DNA of 64,000 bases from Phoronis australis. Its lineage: Eukaryota; Animalia; Phoronida. The position numbers and the translations under genes were made by a program. The stretch is from assembly GCA_002633005.1 (NCBI GenBank), contig NMRA01000259.1, positions 32,157 to 96,156 of the forward strand. Direction: 5' to 3'. Shown here piece by piece: positions 58,047 to 64,000 of this stretch. The notes below the pieces were generated by a model, which saw nothing but the letters and a program-made list of their open reading frames with translations, was not told the origin of the DNA and did not search any database. The first letter of the stretch is position 1, and every line of letters starts with the position of its first letter.

Positions 58047-61000
58047 ATGAACAGCTATTGGGGCTATCTGTTTGGTTATCAACTTTTAACTAATGACTTT
58101 AAATTTGAAAAACTTGAAATTCATAAACTAAAATCTTCTTTCGCCACTGCGAAAAAATTTATGCCGCTAAAAGAGGACAAGGAGTGGTGGAATGAGTTCT
58201 TTGATGAGGTTGACTCTTATGATGAAGGTTAGTTTGAATGCTTTGTCACAAAATATTCTATTAACCTTGTTGCACTAACATTTGTATTGGTACATTATTG
58301 GGGAGGTATTAAACTGATGAAAACTATGTTCCTGTGCACACCAATCGGCTGAGAGGATCATTATGAAAATTAACGGAATCTGATGTGTTTCAACTGACGG
58401 ACTGTACTACCACTCCTATCAATGGCATTTTGTTTTTTTATGTTCACCTTAATAAGTTTTGGAGTTTTTTGATGAATTTTCGTGAAATTTAGGAATTAGT
58501 TTTGTATTTGGAAGGCAACTACACCTTCCCATTTTCACACGTGTTTACTTATTTTGAACCATCTTACAGCCATTTTTATGATACTGGTCCATAACTCTAG
58601 AAGCACATTGTCTGCAGTGGAGTCGTGGGTGCATTGCAAGGCTCCTTGTTACTCTTGTTTCCATTGTATTTTTGTTGTAATGCAGATATGTATAAGTGAA
58701 TTTGATGAATTCTATACCACATACCCATTTCAAGTTTGGCATCTGTCTCTATATCAGACAAATAACTTGAATGATCATGAAAGTTTGCATAACCTGTTCT
58801 TGCTGAGAAGAGACAGTATGGTTGGCAATGATTTTTGGATGCCTCTGACTAATGTGATGCACCGCAGAGCAGCTTATTTTGGGTTGCAGAGCTCTATTAA
58901 ATATCTAGGATGATATCTGGCTAAGTGTATTTATCAACATGAGAACCAGGGGCCGTGAATTATAGACATATATGACTAATGCTGTACCCCCCAGTGGCAT
59001 TTGCAGTTTTTTATGTTTGCCTTCATGCAATTGATTTGGGTTCTGAGATCGATTCATGTCAGTTGTCATTTCCAATGGTATATTGCTGGAGGCATTTGGA
59101 TTTCTTTGTGTATTTAAAGCTCTGGCTGCATTACATTGTAAAGTAGATGGTCACTAGAATGATGAATGTGGCAAGATCACTGTGGAGTTATTTACTTTTG
59201 GATTTTTCTCTTGCTACTATGTACATCAAATATACTAGATTCTAAATCTAAAAATCTTTTAATTTCAGAACTACAGGATACTGACGATTGGTTTATGACA
59301 GAGATTCTTTCAATCGTTCAAAATCGAACTGTGGACGACAGTGATGAATGCATTGAAGAACGAAATTCGGATATAGAAGAAGAAGAAAGAGAAATGCGTC
59401 GAGTATGTTCGCTGATAGTTAAAAGTCATAATAATAGCAACCGTAATTGCAAATTTTCGCTATTCTCCTTTAAAAATGACTACTTTTTACGCAACCACGT
59501 ATTTATGTGTGGTGGCTATTTTTAAAATTTCGGAGTGGCTTTTTACATCCACCTGTGTATCTGCCAAATCTCTTGAAGGATCATTGTGAAAAATGACTGA
59601 TGCATTTTTGATGAGATGACAGTGGTTGATTTTTCCAATGTTTCAACTATTTTGGTGCCCCCTTGTGGTGATTTTTCCTGTCTACAGCTGTATCGCCTTA
59701 ACCTTTGTAGAGTCTTTGCGAAATTCGACAGAGGCTCTGTGGAACTGACACTGACTAACGACAAGTTGCAGACTAATCCGAGTTCTGCTGTGCAATTTTA
59801 GTTTCTTTACACTTGCCAATGTTTCATGATGGATTTTTTGACACAACAATGTGGCAAGGTTAATTTTTTAATCCTAGCAAATTTGTTACCGATGAGAACA
59901 CTGTGGCTGATGTTGAAATTTTGACGAGTCTGGGAACTTTTGTGTATTCTTGTGGCAATTTTGTTCTTTTTCATCCATGGCTCATTTAATCCTTTGCAGG
60001 ATCTTAGTGAAATTGTGTAATTGTTGTCCTACGAGTGAGACAACCGCTATGCACCCTAGTGGCAATTTTAGTTTTTACGTTTACCTCTGCATCTTAAATG
60101 TTCTTTAATTTTCATGTAATTTGGCGAACAAGTTTCTCTGATGAAGACGAAACTTTTCCAGTTAGAGTAGGATTCCATGAATTGTGCCACTTATTAGCCA
60201 TTTTTCATTACTTTCAAGTTGTCCTCCTCTGTATAAGTCAAATTGCTCAGGGGAGGCAGCATAACTAACATGGAATTCCAAATGGTTCCAAGTACTCTAT
60301 GGTGCAAGTTCTTTTGGAAATTTGGGAAGTGTATATTTCTATTAACTTGACAACAGATGACTGGATCAGATAACCGCTTCGTCTCCTAATGGCAATTATT
60401 TTTTCACCTCCGTCTCTGTGATGTTTGGAGCCTGAGTTCTGTGACGGACTTTCATGAAATTGTTTTCTGATCAGAAGATGACCCGTTCCCATTTTCGGAC
60501 AGGTCCAATGTATTCAGTGCCGTCAAATGGGCGTTTTTACCATAGTAATAAACACCCCTAGAAGTCTTCAGTTTTTACTACATCTGTGATTGCATTTTAG
60601 CGCTTAGCATTGCTCTTGTTTTGAGTTTAATGGGCATGTTTCTCATAACCGTCAGAGTTGAAATTTCAGAATTTTGATTCATGAACGCTCATGGTTGATG
60701 AGATAACTACCATCAGTTGATGCAGAATGTCGGCCATGTCACAGTTTGAAGATTTGTTAAAAGCCAGATAATCTGCTTACATTTGACGGAGACACTGTGT
60801 ATTTTCCATGTCCAGGCATTGCTTTTAGCTCTGGCATATGAAGTAACTGACACCAGGGCACCATTCTGTGTGTTAATTCAAATTACTTGGCTGTGAAATG
60901 CCCATTCCCAATTCATGCTTCTTAAAGCATTGTTTTAGTAAGGTCATACAGCACTTGATTTTTCAGCTTCTTAAATTCAGTGCTCTGGCTCTTAAGCTTT

Positions 61001-61415
61001 ACAAATTGATTACATTAATTATTTTTGGTGTGTGATGTATTGCGTTGATCAACATTGATAGGTAGTGTCGTGGAACAACTTATGAAAGTGGTTGTACCAC
61101 TGCTGGTGCTTCAAAGTTAAGTTCTGAATGTCATGCTTAATATGCTGTATAACGATTAGATACTAACATAGTAGATGACAATACATTATTGCTATACCAT
61201 GCTTTCTTTGCTAGTTTAAAGTTAGTGCAAACCAAAGTATTACTGGTTATTAATCACTTAGAAAGTTGTGTAATGAACAAGTTTTAAGATTTTGACAATA
61301 CATCTCACTTTAACATGTTTTTTTTTTATTATTGCAGCTAATCATTGGCAATGTGAATCGGAAACTGAATTCGGCACTACAGCGACAGAACGCGGTTACA
61401 CGGTCTAGTATTTAA
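58047..61415 (+). CDS. Candidate small acidic protein (130 aa), 3 exons
   Basis: Exons 58047-58227 (GAAG|GTTAGT), 59269-59402 (TTTCAG|...CGA|GTATGT) and 61338-61415 (TTGCAG|...TAA) join in phase (181+134+78 nt). ATTAAA lies at ~61492. No homology recognised. Confidence 0.45.
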
Positions 61416-62092
61416 GGATATTTCAAACCTTATTGAACAAAAGTTGGCTATTTTTTCAATATTTCACATGTCCAGCAGAAATTATTTAAGTATTAAAATA
61501 TTTTATGTAAGCTATACTGCTTCGTCCTCATTATCATATTGTTTGGATTCTCGGGTCAGTGACCCTCTTTGTTCTACGATTATTGGTTTAATTGTACCAC
61601 GTGATCTCGTTGTCGCGCCGCAACACTGGGCCATCGTTCACAATTCTATCCAAATTTCAGTTTGCACTCAATTTCTCTTTGAAGTTTCAGCACTCTCCGT
61701 CTCTTCACCTCATTAAGGTATTGTACCTTGTTTCCTGCTTCGTTCTGGACTAAACATGCCCCCTAGTTGTTTGATTTTGGGCAGTTCTTAGTGCGTTTGC
61801 TGGACGCCTATCTTCATTCGCCTGCGGCGACCGACCAGGGTTTGACCAATCTGGGTTTCCACGAGTCCTCTGTATCCATCACTCGATTGTCACACACCTT
61901 TACAGTTCAACATATTATGTAACTTTTGTAATTACCGATATCTGTAGTAGTTTAGTTTGTCATAATATATATGACCTTTTATCTCGTCTACACGTGTTGT
62001 TTCACTGTAAACTAGCTTCGGTATCGCTTCGCAGTTAGCACATATAAAATACCTTTTTCCTCATTCTCAGGGAAGTTCAAATATAAAATGTA

Positions 62093-62130
62093 CTAGCTGC
62101 TACCCGTGCTTTTGTACGGGTAGCAGCTAG
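62093..62130. repeat. Perfect 15-bp-arm palindrome with CTAG ends (Helitron-terminus-like)
   Basis: CTAGCTGCTACCCGT-GCTTTTGT-ACGGGTAGCAGCTAG. Confidence 0.7.
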
Positions 62131-64000
62131 CCGAGTGGCGCCGATGAGGAAATAGCTACACCTAAGAGTGAACATTAGTGTTCATCGCAAAAGACAGGAA
62201 TACTTGATAAGACCGTGTTCAAAGCTTCAATCAGAATTTCTGTCAGATTTTAGTAGGCAACGTGTCCGACTATGGGATTCTTTCCCCCTTTCGTAATAAT
62301 GAAATTTTCATTTAAAAAAAGTTACGAAAAAATAATGGCATTTTTGGTTCAGAAAATATGACAAAGCTTAGTTTTTTGACAAACGAGTTGGAATGGAGGT
62401 CACTAAATAAGGTTTGAGATAGCTTTAATACACTGTTGGAATTGAACCACACCTGACTTTTCATGAATTGTTGATTTTTTTACTTTTGTCACCTACATTA
62501 GCTTAGTCTTTCATATGTCGTAGAATTTTGTCTTCCGATGGTGCCTTTGGGTGCTGCATTAGTCGGTGATTTGTCATTATTACCATTTTTGTGACTAGGT
62601 CAGTTGTATGTACTTTGGAGATCAAAGAATGAAATATTGTTTATGTGTTTTTATTATTGTGTAAGCGCCAACAATGTGATACTATTGATATGTTCCCGCT
62701 TGGGTTATTCATTAGGTTTGATTATTTTGTTCACAGCACAGTTGTTTAGATTGTGGCGAGGGGACTAGCTTAACATTTTCCAGTTTTGAGGTGGATTCGA
62801 TGTATTTTGTGCCGTCTAGTGGCCATTTTTACTTCTTTCTAGTCTGTTTTTGGCGCCTGTCCTCTGTCAACCAAACCACTCTTAGGATAATTGTTAAAAT
62901 TGGCTTATATAATCTTAGTGCGCCCTAAGCCTTCTGCAGGATCTTTATGAAATTTAGCAAGTGTATGTAAGCGAAGTTGACAATCGAAGACAACAAGTTT
63001 CAGACGTATCCGACTAACGCTTTGTCCCCTTTTGGCAATTTCATTTTTTATGTTTCCCTGTGTTTCTTTAAAGTTCTTTGACAGATTTTCATGAAATCTG
63101 GTAAATAGTGTCCTGTTACTAGAGGCGGTGACATTTTTCCGTTTTTATGTATTCAAAGTGTTTTGCACCATCTAGTTGGCATTCTTATGATACCAATAAA
63201 CATCCTAGATGCACGCCGCTTGCGGTCTAGTCATGGGGACATTTCAACCCCCGCGATGCTTTTGTTTATTATTTAATTGTTTAGATTTAGGAGGTACAGA
63301 TGATTTTGTGGTTTATTTTTCTGTTTAATTATTTGGGATGTCTATTTGCTTATGATGTCTCTGATGTTTTTTGAGGTATGGTTTACTATTTATCATGGAG
63401 TTATAGCTCATCCTGGATATGTTATTTGGCGATGCCTCTAAGGTATGCAAAAAATTTATTGGCAGTTTGATTTGAGCAGCATTATGGTGTAACTGAAAAG
63501 TGGTGTATTATCATTTTAGTTCTTTGCAATGGGCAAATAGGACAATAAGTCATGCTCTGTTTGAAATTGCATTTATTTATGTTAGTACGTGCGTGAAATA
63601 AAAAGAAGCAGATAGTATGGCATGTAAGGTAGTTCTTTCTCTCTTGGCTAAACTTGACTAGAGTTCACTGTACCTCAAACAAAAACCTGCACATGTACTT
63701 ATTTTGAATACAGTATAAATACGATATGCTTTTTTCAGCCGTCCCGATCTCTAGAACGCAATTTGAACACCACTGAAGTAACTATTCCTCACATGCTCTT
63801 GCACCGCTCTTCTCGTGCTTAAAAAATGTTTGACCCTGATTTCAAAATTTCTTTCATTTTTGGATAGCCCTTTACTTACTCACTCCAAAAAACGTGAGTT
63901 GCCACTTCTTGTGAGCCCTAAAAAGGTCACAGCGGTGGATCAAATTTTGAACATTGGGGGAGTCTGTGACGTTGACCTTAAAACTTGACCCCCGAATTAG

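Overview
Eukaryotic (animal, invertebrate-like) genomic DNA with GT-AG introns and two single-N assembly joins (10333, 42592). Positions 220-36917 (+) hold a complete 42-coding-exon CKAP5/ch-TOG/XMAP215 gene. I traced it exon by exon by hand; phases are consistent, giving 6012 nt and 2003 aa. Its introns carry several CAG-ended TIR elements, minisatellites and a 5'-truncated LINE whose target-site duplication copies a splice donor. Downstream come: a hAT-type element carrying a decayed AcademX-like (XPG/PIN nuclease) fragment; a two-exon galactose-3-O-sulfotransferase gene (-) whose ~7.9 kb intron holds a decayed Gypsy LTR retrotransposon and a Kolobok-like THAP transposon; an intronless 411-aa orphan ORF (-) with three 39-aa amphipathic-helix repeats resembling PKA-anchoring (AKAP) helices; and a candidate divergent three-exon small acidic gene (+). 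All homology calls come from motifs recognised by eye; no database searches were run.
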